Source of the DNA: an uncultured Alphaproteobacteria bacterium
GTDB lineage: Bacteria > Pseudomonadota > Alphaproteobacteria > Rhizobiales > Rhizobiaceae
Length of the DNA: 64,000 nucleotides
Assembly (NCBI GenBank): GCA_963752795.1
Contig: CAVVZH010000010.1
Span: 6,851-70,850 of the forward strand
Direction of reading: 5' to 3'
Under the pieces are notes generated by a model. It was not told where the DNA came from, did not search any database, and saw only the letters and a program-made list of their open reading frames with translations. The position numbers and the translations under genes were made by a program. The stretch's first letter is position 1; each line of letters starts with the position of its first letter. This document shows, one piece after another, positions 41,854 through 53,442 of the stretch.

Positions 41854-42081
41854 ATGAGCGATGCACCGACTGCCGGCCCGGACGCCGAAATAACAATCCG
41901 GTTGTCGAGCGAAATGCTGCGCGCCATCGACCGGTTCATCGAGAGCCACGACCGGAAGAACGGGCGGCAGGAGGTGGTCCTGGCGGCCTTGCACGACTGG
42001 GCGGTCAGGCGTGGCTACATGAGCGAGCCGGGCGAGGAGGGCATCCGTCCCGAAAACCTCACCTCGGCCAATGATGGCTGA
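41854..42081 (+). CDS. Small ribbon-helix-helix-like protein
   Basis: ITIRLSSEMLRAIDRFI...RQEVVLAAL beta-alpha-alpha pattern; AGGAAG RBS. Confidence 0.6.
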   Translation: MSDAPTAGPDAEITIRLSSEMLRAIDRFIESHDRKNGRQEVVLAALHDWAVRRGYMSEPGEEGIRPENLTSANDG

Positions 42082-42096
42082 AACCGTTCGTCCTGC

Positions 42097-42714
42097 CTAT
42101 GAGTGGGCGAAGATGTCGGCTTCCGGCCAGCCCATGAGGTCGAGCTTCGCGCGCGTCGGCAGGAAACGGAAACATGCCTCCGCTTCCTTCAGCCGGTTTT
42201 CCCGGATGAGCCGTTGCGTGAGCTTGTCGCGCAACTGATGCAGATAGAGCACGTCCGAGGCGGCGTATTCGAGTTGCTCAGGTGAAAGCGTGTCGGCGGC
42301 CCAGTCCGAGGATTGCTGCACCTTGGAGAGGCTGACGCCGATCAGTTCGGCGCACAGATCCTTCAGCCCATGCCGGTCCGTATAGGTGCGCGTCAGACGC
42401 GAAGCGATCTTGGTGCAGAAGACCGGTTCCGCCATCGCGCCGAAGGCGTTGTAGAGCACGGCGATATCGAAGCGGCCGTAGTGAAACAGCTTGGCGATCT
42501 TGCGGTTGCGCAGCAGGCTGACGAGGTTCGGCGCCTTCTTCTGCCCGGCCGCGATCTGGATGACGTCGGCGGAGCCGTCGCCCGGCGAAATCTGCACCAC
42601 GCACAGCCGGTCGCGGTGCGGATTCAGCCCGAGCGTCTCGGTGTCGATCGCCACCGCATCGACATCATAGTTGGTCAGGTCCGGCAGGTCGTTCTTGTGA
42701 AAGCGGATGGTCAT
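42097..42714 (-). CDS. rnd: Ribonuclease D-like 3'-5' exonuclease (short alphaproteobacterial type)
   Basis: AIDTETLGL, RDRLCVVQ, CTKIASRL and QSSDW...YAASDV motifs. Confidence 0.92.
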   Translation of the reverse strand: MTIRFHKNDLPDLTNYDVDAVAIDTETLGLNPHRDRLCVVQISPGDGSADVIQIAAGQKKAPNLVSLLRNRKIAKLFHYGRFDIAVLYNAFGAMAEPVFCTKIASRLTRTYTDRHGLKDLCAELIGVSLSKVQQSSDWAADTLSPEQLEYAASDVLYLHQLRDKLTQRLIRENRLKEAEACFRFLPTRAKLDLMGWPEADIFAHS

Positions 42715-42725
42715 GAAATCTCCAA

Positions 42726-44144
42726 TCAGCCGGGCAGCTTGCCAGCGGCGCGCGCCTCGGCCAGAGCCCCGAGAATGCGCGCCCAGGAACGCTGTCCCTT
42801 GTGGAAAGAGGACAACTCGTATTTTTCGTTGGGCGAATGGATGCGGTCGTCGGGCAGGCCGAAGCCGACCAGCAGCGATTCCATGCCAAGGAAGCTCTGA
42901 AAATCGCCGACAATCGGGATCGAGCCACCCATGGCGATCATCACCGCCTTGTTCGGCCATTCCTGGTCGAGCGCCGCTTTGCGGTGGTGAGCAGCGGCGA
43001 ATCGTAGGAGAGCTGGATGGCCGGCGAGGAGCCGTGCTCGTGGAACTCCACCGAGCAGTCGGCGGGAATGCGCTCCTTGACGAAAGCGCGGAAGGCGGCG
43101 CGGATTTTTGCCGGATCCTGCCGATGCACGAGGCGGAACGAGACTTTGGCCGAGGCTTGCGCGGCGATAACCGTCTTGAAGCCCTTGCCGGAATAGCCGC
43201 CGGTGATGCCGTTGATCTCGGCGGTCGGGCGGGCCCAGGTCAGTTCGAGGACCGAGCGGCCCTTTTCGCCGGACGGGATCGAAAGGCCGATATCGGAGAG
43301 GAAGCTTTCCGGCGCGGCCGGCCAAGACCTTCCCACACTTGAGGATTTCCGGCGGCGTCTCGTCGACCCCGTCATAGAAGCCGGGAATCGTGACGCGCCC
43401 GTCCGCGTCGTGCATGTCGGCCAGCACTTTCGTCAGGATGGTGATCGGATTGGCCGCCGCGCCGCCGTAGAGGCCTGAATGAAGGTCGCGGTCGGCCGCC
43501 TTGATCGTGATTTCCTCGCCGACCAGCCCGCGCAGGCCCGTCGAGATGGCCGGCGTCGTTGCGTCCCACATGCCGGTGTCGCAGACCAGGGCGAAATCGG
43601 CCTTCAGTTCCTTCGCATTGGCCTCGAGAAACGGCTTCAGCGAGGGTGAGCCGGATTCTTCCTCGCCTTCGAACAGGATGGTGATCTCGCAGGGCAAGGA
43701 GCCGTTGGCCTGCTTGTAGGCGCGGCACGCCTCGACGAAGGTCATCAACTGGCCCTTGTCGTCGGCCGAACCGCGACCGGTGATGATCCTGCGGCCCTTG
43801 CCGGGTTCCTTGATTTTTGGATCGAAAGGGTCGTTGTCCCAAAGATCGATCGGGTCGACGGGCTGCACGTCATAATGTCCGTAAAACAGCGCGTGCGGCG
43901 CCTTGGCGTCGGGACCGGGATGATGCGCCACCACCATCGGATGGCCTGTGGTGTCGCGGATGCTGGCGGTAAACCCGATCGCCTCGAGGTCCTTGACCAG
44001 CCATTCGGCCGCCCTGCGGCAATCCTTGGCATAGGCCGGATCGGTCGAGATCGAGGGAATGCGCAGCAGCTCGAACAGGCGGTTCAGGCTGGCGTCCAGA
44101 TTGTCGTCGAGGGTGGAGAGAACGCGGTCGGTGCTGAGAGACAT
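42726..44144 (-). CDS. M20 family dipeptidase; internal segment out of frame because of compensating indels
   Basis: GHYDVQP, GRGSADDKGQ, EGEEESGS, DLHSG and HSPNEK are in the long ORF, but the conserved middle (WARPTAEINGITGGY...ASAKVSFRLV) is in ORF 42941..43375. Confidence 0.88.
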   Translation of the reverse strand: MSLSTDRVLSTLDDNLDASLNRLFELLRIPSISTDPAYAKDCRRAAEWLVKDLEAIGFTASIRDTTGHPMVVAHHPGPDAKAPHALFYGHYDVQPVDPIDLWDNDPFDPKIKEPGKGRRIITGRGSADDKGQLMTFVEACRAYKQANGSLPCEITILFEGEEESGSPSLKPFLEANAKELKADFALVCDTGMWDATTPAISTGLRGLVGEEITIKAADRDLHSGLYGGAAANPITILTKVLADMHDADGRVTIPGFYDGVDETPPEILKCGKVLAGRAGKLPLRYRPFDPVRRKGPLGPRTDLGPPDRRDQRHHRRLFRQGLQDGYRRASLGQSLVPPRASAGSGKNPRRLPRFRQGAHSRRLLGGVPRARLLAGHPALLRFAAAHHRKAALDQEWPNKAVMIAMGGSIPIVGDFQSFLGMESLLVGFGLPDDRIHSPNEKYELSSFHKGQRSWARILGALAEARAAGKLPG

Positions 44145-44268
44145 GAGTGCCCTTTCGAAATTTGCGGGCACCCTAGAACATCGAACCGGAAAGTGGAATC
44201 CGGTTTTCACGCTTCACGACGGACGAATAGAAACAATAGCTCTGTTGGAAGCGCACCGGAAACCGGAC

Positions 44269-44411
44269 AAAAAAGTGCCGCCGTGGTGGAGGGGGAACCA
44301 CGGCGGCCTTACTCAAAACGATGCGGCAGCCCGGAGAGGGGGATGAGGCTGCCGCAATGTCCGGTTAGGCGGGGGACGAGCCTTGACCGAACTCGGCGCT
44401 AATTGCCGATG
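44269..44411 (-). ncRNA. alpha-r7 (Smr7C-like) small RNA
   Basis: Three GC-rich hairpins with C-rich loops ending in a U6 terminator; CTTAAA-N17-CCAAAT promoter at 44418-44446; divergent from polA, the locus I recall for this family. Confidence 0.75.
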
Positions 44412-44587
44412 ACTGTCATTTGGTCGCCGGATGATGGCGATTTAAGGGCGCGAAAATTACAAGTTTGTAACATCGACGTGAGCGTCGAATGCCGCCCCGG
44501 ATGCGCGCTTGTCAGGAGAAATGCGGTCACGCGCGCCCGGACGTCTTTGCCATGGACAGCCCACGGGCCACGCGCTACCCGTAGCCC

Positions 44588-47543
44588 ATGAAGAAAGGCG
44601 ATCATCTCTTCCTTGTCGACGGTTCGGGCTACATCTTCCGCGCCTATCACGCGCTGCCGCCGCTGACGCGCAAATCCGACGGACTGCCCATCGGCGCGGT
44701 CTCCGGCTTCTGCAACATGCTGTGGAAGCTGGTGCGCGATGCGCGCGATACCTCCGTCGGCATCACGCCGACGCATTTCGCCGTCATTTTCGACTATTCC
44801 TCCAAGACCTTCCGCAACGAGCTTTTCCCGGAATACAAGGCCAACCGTTCCGCGCCGCCGGAAGATCTGATCCCGCAATTCGGCCTGATCCGCGAGGCGA
44901 CCCGCGCCTTCGATCTGCCCTGCATCGAGATGGAGGGCTTCGAGGCCGACGATCTGATCGCCACCTATTGCCGGCTCGCCTGCGAGGCCGGGGCGGATAC
45001 CACCATCATCTCCTCCGACAAGGATCTGATGCAACTCGTCGGCGAAACCGTCTCCATGTACGACCCGATGAAGGACCGCGAGATCCGCGTGCCAGAGGTC
45101 ATCGAGAAATGGGGCGTGCCGCCGGAAAAGATGATCGACTTGCAGGCGTTGACCGGGGATTTGGTCGACAATGTGCCGGGCGTTCCGGGCATCGGGCCGA
45201 AGACAGCGGCGCAATTGCTGGAGGAATATGGCGACCTCGACACGCTGCTTGAGCGCGCCGCCGAGATCAAGCAGAACAAGCGCCGCGAAATTGATCATTG
45301 AGAATGCCGAGAAGGCGCGCGTGTCGCGGCTTCTGGTGACGCTGAAGAACGACGTGCCGGTCGCGGACGACCTGGATCAGTTCGCTCTGCAGCCGCCGGA
45401 CGGGCCGAAACTGATCGCCTTCCTGAAAGCAATGGAATTCTCCTCGCTCACCCGCCGCGTGGCGGAGGCGACGGGGGCAGAGGCCGGCGAGATCGACGCG
45501 GCGGCGGTTGCGGTATCCAAAGCCACCGAGGCTCATGGACCCGACATGGGATCAGGGGACGCCGGGCCTGCCGTGTCCTCCGCCGGGGCGGAGGGCGAAA
45601 AGAAGGCGGGCGCCGATGTCTATGCCGCCGATGGCGCCGCAACGCCTTCCATGCTGGCCGCCTTGCGCGCAGAAGAGGCCGTCGCCGGCAAGATCGACGT
45701 CAGTGCCTATATTTTCATCCGCGACCTGCCGACCCTGCGGGCATGGATCGCCGAGGCGGTCGAGGCCGGGCTGGTCGCTTTCGACACGCAGACCAATTCG
45801 CTCGATCCGATGCTGGCCGAGCTGTGCGGGGTTTCGCTCGCCATCCGGCCCGGCCACGCCGCCTATGTGCCGCTCGCCCACAAGAATGGCGCCGACGATC
45901 TGCTTGGCAGCGGCTTGCAGGAGGACCAGATCCCGGTGCGCGAGGCGCTGGCGGCTCTGAAGCCCTTGCTGGAAAATCCGGCGGTGCTCAAGATCGCGCA
46001 GAACATGAAATATGACTGGCTGGTCATGCGCCGCCACGGCATCGATGTCGCGCCCATCGAAGACACGATGCTGATCTCCTACGTGCTCGACGCCGGCGCC
46101 AACGCCCACAATATCGAAGCGCTGGCGGAGAAATGGCTCGGCCACGTTGCTGTCGCCTTCAAGGAAGTGACGGGCACCGGCAAGAGCGCGGTAAGCTTCG
46201 ACTATGTGGCGATCGACCGCGCCACGGCCTATGGCGGCGAGCAGGCGGACCTCGCCTTGCGGCTCTGGCGCGTGCTCAAGCCGAGGCTGGCGGCCAAGGG
46301 CCTCGTCTCCGTTTACGAACGTCTCGAACGGCCTCTCGTGCGCACTCTGGCGCGCATGGAAGATCGCGGCATCTCGGTCGACCGGCAGATATTGAGCCGG
46401 CTTTCGGGCGAGCTGGCGCAGAAGGCCGCGGCGCTCGAGGACGATATCTATGAATTGGCCGGCGAACGCTTCCTTATCGGCTCGCCCAAGCAGCTCGGCG
46501 ACATCCTGTTCGGCCGGATGGGGCTGCCGGGCGGAACCAAGACCAAGACGGGGCAATGGTCGACGACGGCGCAGCGGCTGGAAGAACTGGCGGCGGAAGG
46601 CTATGATCTGCCGCGCAAGATCGTCGACTGGCGTCAGCTCACCAAGCTGAAATCGACCTACACGGATGCGTTGCCCGGCTATGTTCACCCCGACACGCGG
46701 CGCGTGCATACGTCCTACGCGATGGCGGCGACCTCGACGGGGCGACTGTCTTCGGTCGAACCCAATCTGCAGAACATCCCGATCCGTACCGCGGAAGGCC
46801 GCAAGATCCGCACCGCCTTCATCGCTTCGCCCGGCCACAAGCTGATTTCAGCGGATTACAGCCAGATCGAACTGCGCATCCTCGCCCATGTCGCCGATAT
46901 TCCGCAGCTGACCCAGGCCTTCGCGGAGGGCGCCGACATCCACGCCATGACGGCGTCGGAGATGTTCGGCGTACCGGTGGAGGGCATGCCGCGCGAAGTC
47001 CGAAGCCGCGCCAAGGCAATCAATTTCGGCATCATCTACGGCATTTCCGCCTTCGGGCTGGCCAACCAGCTTTCCATCCCGCGCGAGGAAGCCGGCGATT
47101 ACATCAAGCGCTATTTCGAGCGCTTCCCCGGCATCCGTGACTACATGGAGGAAACCAAGGCCTTCGCGCGTGAAAACGGCTATGTCGAAACGATTTTTGG
47201 CCGACGCGCGCATTACCCGGAGATCCGTGCTTCCAACCCGTCGATCCGCGCCAATAGCGAGCGTGCCGCCATCAACGCGCCGATCCAGGGATCGGCCGCC
47301 GACATCATCCGCCGCGCCATGATCAAGATGGACGACGCGCTGGCGCAAGCCGGGCTCGCCAGTACCGACATGCTCCTGCAGGTGCATGACGAGCTGATTT
47401 TCGAGGCCCCCGAAAACGAGGTCGAACGCGCCGTACCGGTCATTCGCGACGTCATGGAGAACGCCGCCATGCCGGCCGTCTCGATGGCCGTGCCGCTGCA
47501 TGTCGACGCACGCGCCGCGGATAATTGGGACGAGGCGCATTAG
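44588..47543 (+). CDS. polA: DNA polymerase I, with an apparent frameshift near 45290
   Basis: 5'-3' exonuclease N-terminus (LVDGSGYIFRAYH, EADD, PGIGPKTA) in 44588..45301. The rest (ADYSQIELR, KAINFGIIYG, LQVHDE) is in the +1 frame. Confidence 0.95.
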
Positions 47544-47598
47544 ACCTCGATGCCGCCGCTCGTCACAGATGCGCGCCATCCGACGGATAGAAAACTCC

Positions 47599-48048
47599 AT
47601 GGGCAAGCCGACTCTTAGCCAAGTGAACCTCGTTTGCAGCGATGTTGACGCATCTGCTGCGTTCTACCGCAGGCTTGGGATCGATATCCCCGAAAACGGG
47701 GTCTGGCGCACGCCATCGGGCACACACATGGCCAAAGCAGCCGGCGGGCCGGCCACCGCAACCCATATTCAGTTCGACGCTTCCTCCTTCGCTGAACGGT
47801 GGAATCCTGCTTGGAAAGGCCGGATCGATCTTGCCGGTCGTGTCGTCCTTGGATTTCATGTGCCGAAACGCGCGGATGTCGATACAATCTTCAACGACAT
47901 GACCACGGTTGGATATCGCGGGTTGCTGGAACCGCACGATGCGTTCTGGGGCGTGCGCTACGCGATCCTCGAAGACCCGGACGGCATTGCCGTCGGCCTG
48001 ATGAGCCCTGCGTCGCCCAACGAGAAGTCGCCGCCACCGAATTTGTGA
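47599..48048 (+). CDS. VOC/glyoxalase family protein
   Basis: NLVCSDVDASAAFYRRLG...DAFWGVRYAILEDPDG. Confidence 0.85.
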   Translation: MGKPTLSQVNLVCSDVDASAAFYRRLGIDIPENGVWRTPSGTHMAKAAGGPATATHIQFDASSFAERWNPAWKGRIDLAGRVVLGFHVPKRADVDTIFNDMTTVGYRGLLEPHDAFWGVRYAILEDPDGIAVGLMSPASPNEKSPPPNL

Positions 48049-48058
48049 CGACGAGGCG

Positions 48059-48781
48059 TCAGGCCACGATGACGGTCGTCTTGCGATCGACCCGGTCGTA
48101 GAGATCGATGATGTCCTGGTTGATGAGGCGCACGCAGCCCGACGACATCGCCTTGCCGATGGACCACCATTCCGGCGAGCCGTGGATGCGATAGCCGGTG
48201 TCGGCGCCGTGTTCGTAGAGGTAGAGCGCCCGCGCGCCGAGCGGATTCATGGGGCCTGGCTCCATGCCCTTCCGGTATTTGGCGAGTTCGGGCTTGCGCC
48301 CGATCATCTCCGCCGGCGGCGTCCAGACAGGCCATTCCTTCTTGTACTGGACATTGGCGCGGCCCTTCCAGCCGAACCCCTCCTTGCCGATGCCGACGCC
48401 ATAGCGGATCGCCTCGTTGCCTGGCAAAATGAAATAGAGGTGGCGCTCGGCCAGGTTGACGCGGATGGTGCCGGGCGTCTCCTGGGTCTGGTAGGGAACG
48501 ATCGTGCGGCGGAAATCGCGCGGTATCTTGTCGTAGGGGATCGCCTTCAGATGATAGGGGCCTTCATCCACCGCAGCATACATTAGATCCGGGCTGGTGA
48601 TGTTCTTGTCGATGCCGATCTGCGGGCGGACCACGCCTCCAACATCCGGGCGGATCGTTCCGGTCGTCGACGGGTCGATGTTCAGGGCCGACATATCCCG
48701 CGAATCCATGCAGCCCGCCAACGTCGCGCCGAGTCCGGCGAGCACGGTCCTTCGTGCAATTCGCTGGGAAAATTCGGTCAT
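48059..48781 (-). CDS. L,D-transpeptidase (ErfK/YkuD), predicted Tat lipoprotein
   Basis: RRTVL...LAGC signal; NPLGARALYL and YRIHGS...SSGCVRL motifs. Confidence 0.93.
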   Translation of the reverse strand: MTEFSQRIARRTVLAGLGATLAGCMDSRDMSALNIDPSTTGTIRPDVGGVVRPQIGIDKNITSPDLMYAAVDEGPYHLKAIPYDKIPRDFRRTIVPYQTQETPGTIRVNLAERHLYFILPGNEAIRYGVGIGKEGFGWKGRANVQYKKEWPVWTPPAEMIGRKPELAKYRKGMEPGPMNPLGARALYLYEHGADTGYRIHGSPEWWSIGKAMSSGCVRLINQDIIDLYDRVDRKTTVIVA

Positions 48782-48982
48782 GAGAAGTCCTGCATCACAA
48801 TAAATCCAGTTCGGGACTATCGGCAGCTATGGTTGACGAAGGCTTAAGCCATGGCCAAAACGGCGCCTCAATCGTCGCATGATGGAGTTTCCACAACTAT
48901 TTTCGATCGAATAAAGCGGATCAATCTGTTGGATCGATGAAATCCGAAAGGCCATGTTCCCGCCGGAACGCAGGAGCTGGCC

Positions 48983-50050
48983 ATGTCCGACACCACCATC
49001 GACGCCCCATCCGAAACAAGAACCGCACACCCGCGCACGACATCCCGGGGCGCTCCGGGCGCGATCGCCGGCTTGATCCCCGGCATCATGCTGACGGTCG
49101 TGATCGCCGGGCTCGCCTACGCGCTCCGCTCGGTTCCGGGCGTCGACACGTTCAGCCCGATGATCCTCGCCATTCTGCTTGGAATCATCTTCCACAATGT
49201 GGTTGGGACGCCGGCGCGCGCCAAGGCGGGCGTCGTCTTCGGCCTGCGCCGCATTCTCAGGCTGGCCATCATCCTGCTCGGCCTGCAGCTTACTGCGAGC
49301 CAGGTGGCGGCGGTCGGCGGCACGGGCATCGGCATCATCGTGGCGACATTGCTGGCGACCTTTCTCTTGACCAAGGCGATGGGCCGCGTGCTCGGCGTCG
49401 ATGCGAGGCTCGCCGAACTGATCGCGGCGGGCACCTCGATCTGCGGCGCTTCGGCGGTCATCGCCACCAATACGGTGACCAACGGCAGCGACGAGGACGT
49501 CGCCTACGCGGTCGCCTGCGTCACGGTCTTCGGTACGCTTTCCATGTTCCTCTACCCGACGCTCGGCACCCTCCTGCATCTCGACGTGCATCATTACGGC
49601 TTGTGGGCCGGCAGTTCGATCCACGAGGTGGCGCAGGTCGTCGCCGCCGCTTTCCAGCACGGAAAGGAAGCCGGCGATTTCGGCACCATCGCCAAGCTGA
49701 GCCGCGTCATGCTGCTGGCACCGGTGGTGATATCGCTCGGCGTGATCGCGGCACGCGGCAAGGGGGGAAGCGCCGGCTCCGCCTCCAGCGGAAGAGCGCC
49801 GCTGCCCTGGTTCGTGCTCGGCTTCATCGCCATGATCGGCCTCAACAGCCTCGACATCATCCCGGCCACGGCGACGCATGCGGTGACGCCGGTCACGACT
49901 TTCCTGTTGACCATCGCGCTCGCCTCGATGGGCCTCGAGACCGATGTCCGCAAGCTCAAGGCCAAGGGCGTGCGCCCGCTGGCGCTGGGCGCGCTGTCAT
50001 GGATATTCATCTCGTGCTTCAGCCTTGCCCTGATCCTCGCAATCGGGTGA
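48983..50050 (+). CDS. yeiH: YeiH family (putative sulfate exporter) membrane protein
   Basis: [24 protein letters not shown] and PWFVLGF motifs. Confidence 0.92.
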   Translation: MSDTTIDAPSETRTAHPRTTSRGAPGAIAGLIPGIMLTVVIAGLAYALRSVPGVDTFSPMILAILLGIIFHNVVGTPARAKAGVVFGLRRILRLAIILLGLQLTASQVAAVGGTGIGIIVATLLATFLLTKAMGRVLGVDARLAELIAAGTSICGASAVIATNTVTNGSDEDVAYAVACVTVFGTLSMFLYPTLGTLLHLDVHHYGLWAGSSIHEVAQVVAAAFQHGKEAGDFGTIAKLSRVMLLAPVVISLGVIAARGKGGSAGSASSGRAPLPWFVLGFIAMIGLNSLDIIPATATHAVTPVTTFLLTIALASMGLETDVRKLKAKGVRPLALGALSWIFISCFSLALILAIG

Positions 50051-50113
50051 TATCCGGTTCCAGTCGCCACGATGGAATCGAAAGGGTGAGGTGAGCCTCG
50101 CAATCGCGCAAAC

Positions 50114-50995
50114 ATGACCTTCGAGCAGCTTCGCGTCTTCATCGCGGTGGCCGAGCGGATGCATGTCACGCGAGCCGCAAGCGCGCTCAACATGACCCAG
50201 TCGGCCGCCAGCGCCGCCATTCAGGCGCTTGAAGCCAGCCTGAGGACAAAGCTTTTCGACCGCGTCGGCCGCCATATCGAATTGACCGATGCCGGCCAAA
50301 TCTTCCTGCCGGAAGCGCGCGCCGTGCTGAAACGGTTGGCCCAGGCCGAGCAGACGCTGGCTGAACTGGAAGGACTGGAGCGCGGCAGGCTGGCCCTGTG
50401 GGCAAGCCAGACGATCGCCGGCTACTGGCTGCCGCGCTTCATCGCGCGCTTCCATGAAGCGCGCCCCCGCATCGATGTGTCGCTGGTGATCGACAACACG
50501 GCCGGCGTCGCCCGCGCCGTGGCTGCCGGCGAGGCCGATATCGGCTTCGTCGAAGGCGACGTGGACGATCCGCTGCTCGTACCCATCGATGTCGGCGCGG
50601 ACCAGCTTGTGCTCGTGGTGGCCGCCAGCCATCCGTGGGCTGCAAGAGACGCGCTGAAGCCCGGCGACCTGACCGGACTGAAATGGACGTTGCGCGAGCG
50701 TGGCTCCGGCACGCGGCAGATATTCGAGGATGCGGTGCGAGCCTACGGCATCGATCCGAACGGGCTGGAGGTGACCCTCGAACTGCCTTCCAACGAGGCG
50801 GTGCGCAATGCGGTTGAGGCGGGGGCGGGGGCCACCGTGATCTCGCGTCTCGTCGCCGAACCACGCCTCACGGCCGGGACCCTGGCCACCCTCCCCCTCG
50901 CCTTCCCCGAACGGCGCTTCACCGCGCTCCGTCATGGCGACCGCACCCGCTCTCGCGCCGAAAGTGCCTTCCTCGATTTCGTGCGCCGCGGATGA
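50114..50995 (+). CDS. LysR family regulator (YeiE/CysL-like)
   Basis: LysR HTH; ASQTIAGYWLP, GFVEG and RERGSGTR motifs. Confidence 0.92.
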   Translation: MTFEQLRVFIAVAERMHVTRAASALNMTQSAASAAIQALEASLRTKLFDRVGRHIELTDAGQIFLPEARAVLKRLAQAEQTLAELEGLERGRLALWASQTIAGYWLPRFIARFHEARPRIDVSLVIDNTAGVARAVAAGEADIGFVEGDVDDPLLVPIDVGADQLVLVVAASHPWAARDALKPGDLTGLKWTLRERGSGTRQIFEDAVRAYGIDPNGLEVTLELPSNEAVRNAVEAGAGATVISRLVAEPRLTAGTLATLPLAFPERRFTALRHGDRTRSRAESAFLDFVRRG

Positions 50996-51014
50996 GTTCC
51001 AGGAAAATGATATT

Positions 51015-52238
51015 TTGATCCTGCGCCGAACCGTCCTTTTTCTCGGCCTGTCGCAGCTCATCTGCTGGGGCACGTCCTATTATGTGATCGGCGGTTTCGG
51101 CAGTCTCATCGCCGCCGACCTCGGCTGGAGCCGCGACCTTGTCTATGGCGGCTTTTCGGCGGCGCTGCTGGTGATGGGTTTCGCTTCGCCGCTCACCGGC
51201 CGCCTCATCGACCAGCATGGTGGCCGCGTGGTGATGGTAATCGGCTCGCTGCTCATCGCGCTCGGCTGCACGGGCGTGGCGCTGTCGCATTCCGTCGCTC
51301 TCTATTATGCGAGCTGGATATGCCTCGGGCTAGCCATGCGCTTTACGCTCTACGACGCCGCCTTTGCCGCGCTCGCCCGCATCGGCGGCCCGACGGCCAA
51401 GGGGCCGATGTCGCAGATCACGCTTTTCGGAGGACTGGCGTCGACGGTGTTCTGGCCGTTCGGCCACATGCTCGCCGCGCATTTCGGCTGGCGCGCCGCG
51501 CTCCTTGCCTATGCCGGGATCGCCCTTCTCACCGTGCCGCTGCATCTGGCCATTCCGAGGCAACGCTACGGGGAATTGACGACAACGGGAAATGCCGGAA
51601 GGGCGGCAATCGAAGATCGCCCGCCGCTTGCCGCCAGTCCACGCGACCGGCTCCTGGCCGGAACGCTCTATGCGATCATCACCACGGCGGTGAACTTCCT
51701 CAATTCCGGCATGTCGGCGCATATGATCAACATTCTGGCCGGGCTCGGCCTGGCCGCTGGCGTGGCCGTCTGGATCGCCACCCTGCGCGGCGTCGGCCAG
51801 TCGCTGTCGCGGCTTGCCGAAGTGCTTTTCGGCCGCCGGCTCGATGTCTTCCGGCTGTCTCTGCTGGCGGCGCTGCTCCTGCCCGTCGCCTTCCTCGCCG
51901 GCCTTTTCGGCGGTCAATTCATGCTCGCCGCGCTGGCTTTCGCCTTCGTCTATGGCGCCGGCAACGGCCTCACCACCATCACGCGCGGCACGCTGCCGCT
52001 GGCGCTGTTCGACCGCCGAACCTACGGCGTCTTCGTCGGCCGCCTGCTGATGCCGAGCTTCATCATCTCGGCGACCGCGCCGATCGTCTATGCCACCGTC
52101 ATCGAGCATTTCGGGGAGCAGGCGGCGCTCTATATGTCGGCGGCGGTCGCCTTCGTGGCGCTGGCGGCGACGCTGATTCTCTATCTGCGGTTTCGCGGCG
52201 GCCCGGCCGGCCCGGCAATTCCCCGATCCAGACCGTGA
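51015..52238 (+). CDS. MFS transporter
   Basis: About 12 TM segments, GRLIDQHGGR motif A and ITLFGGLASTVFWP; TTG start after AGGA. Confidence 0.88.
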   Translation: MILRRTVLFLGLSQLICWGTSYYVIGGFGSLIAADLGWSRDLVYGGFSAALLVMGFASPLTGRLIDQHGGRVVMVIGSLLIALGCTGVALSHSVALYYASWICLGLAMRFTLYDAAFAALARIGGPTAKGPMSQITLFGGLASTVFWPFGHMLAAHFGWRAALLAYAGIALLTVPLHLAIPRQRYGELTTTGNAGRAAIEDRPPLAASPRDRLLAGTLYAIITTAVNFLNSGMSAHMINILAGLGLAAGVAVWIATLRGVGQSLSRLAEVLFGRRLDVFRLSLLAALLLPVAFLAGLFGGQFMLAALAFAFVYGAGNGLTTITRGTLPLALFDRRTYGVFVGRLLMPSFIISATAPIVYATVIEHFGEQAALYMSAAVAFVALAATLILYLRFRGGPAGPAIPRSRP

Positions 52239-52401
52239 TGCCCGCGCCGGGTAATTCGCTTGTGCGACGCGCCTTCCTTAATTGCTCCGGTTCGCGCAAA
52301 GCCCTCATGGCAATTGGGGACCTATCCGTCTATCATGTGCAACGAAACCGAAAGCGCTCCCGCAGGCGGCGGGGGCACAGGCCTTTCAGGGAGGATCGAT
52401 C

Positions 52402-53382
<981 letters not shown>

Positions 53383-53399
53383 CGGTTCCTGATTTGCCA

Positions 53400-53423
53400 A
53401 CGGGCCGGAAATTTCCGGCCCGT
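53400..53423. terminator. Perfect 24-bp palindrome, probable terminator between convergent genes
   Basis: ACGGGCCGGAAATTTCCGGCCCGT. Confidence 0.6.
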
Positions 53424-53442
53424 CATAGATGCCGTTCGTTGG

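Noticed and set aside
45270-45301. Programmed frameshift or natural split of polA
   Set aside because: No slippery heptamer, the break is not at a clean domain boundary, and other indels in the window point to assembly error.
51015-52238. Naming the MFS as the arsenite exporter ArsK
   Set aside because: Only family-level resemblance and no ars genes nearby.
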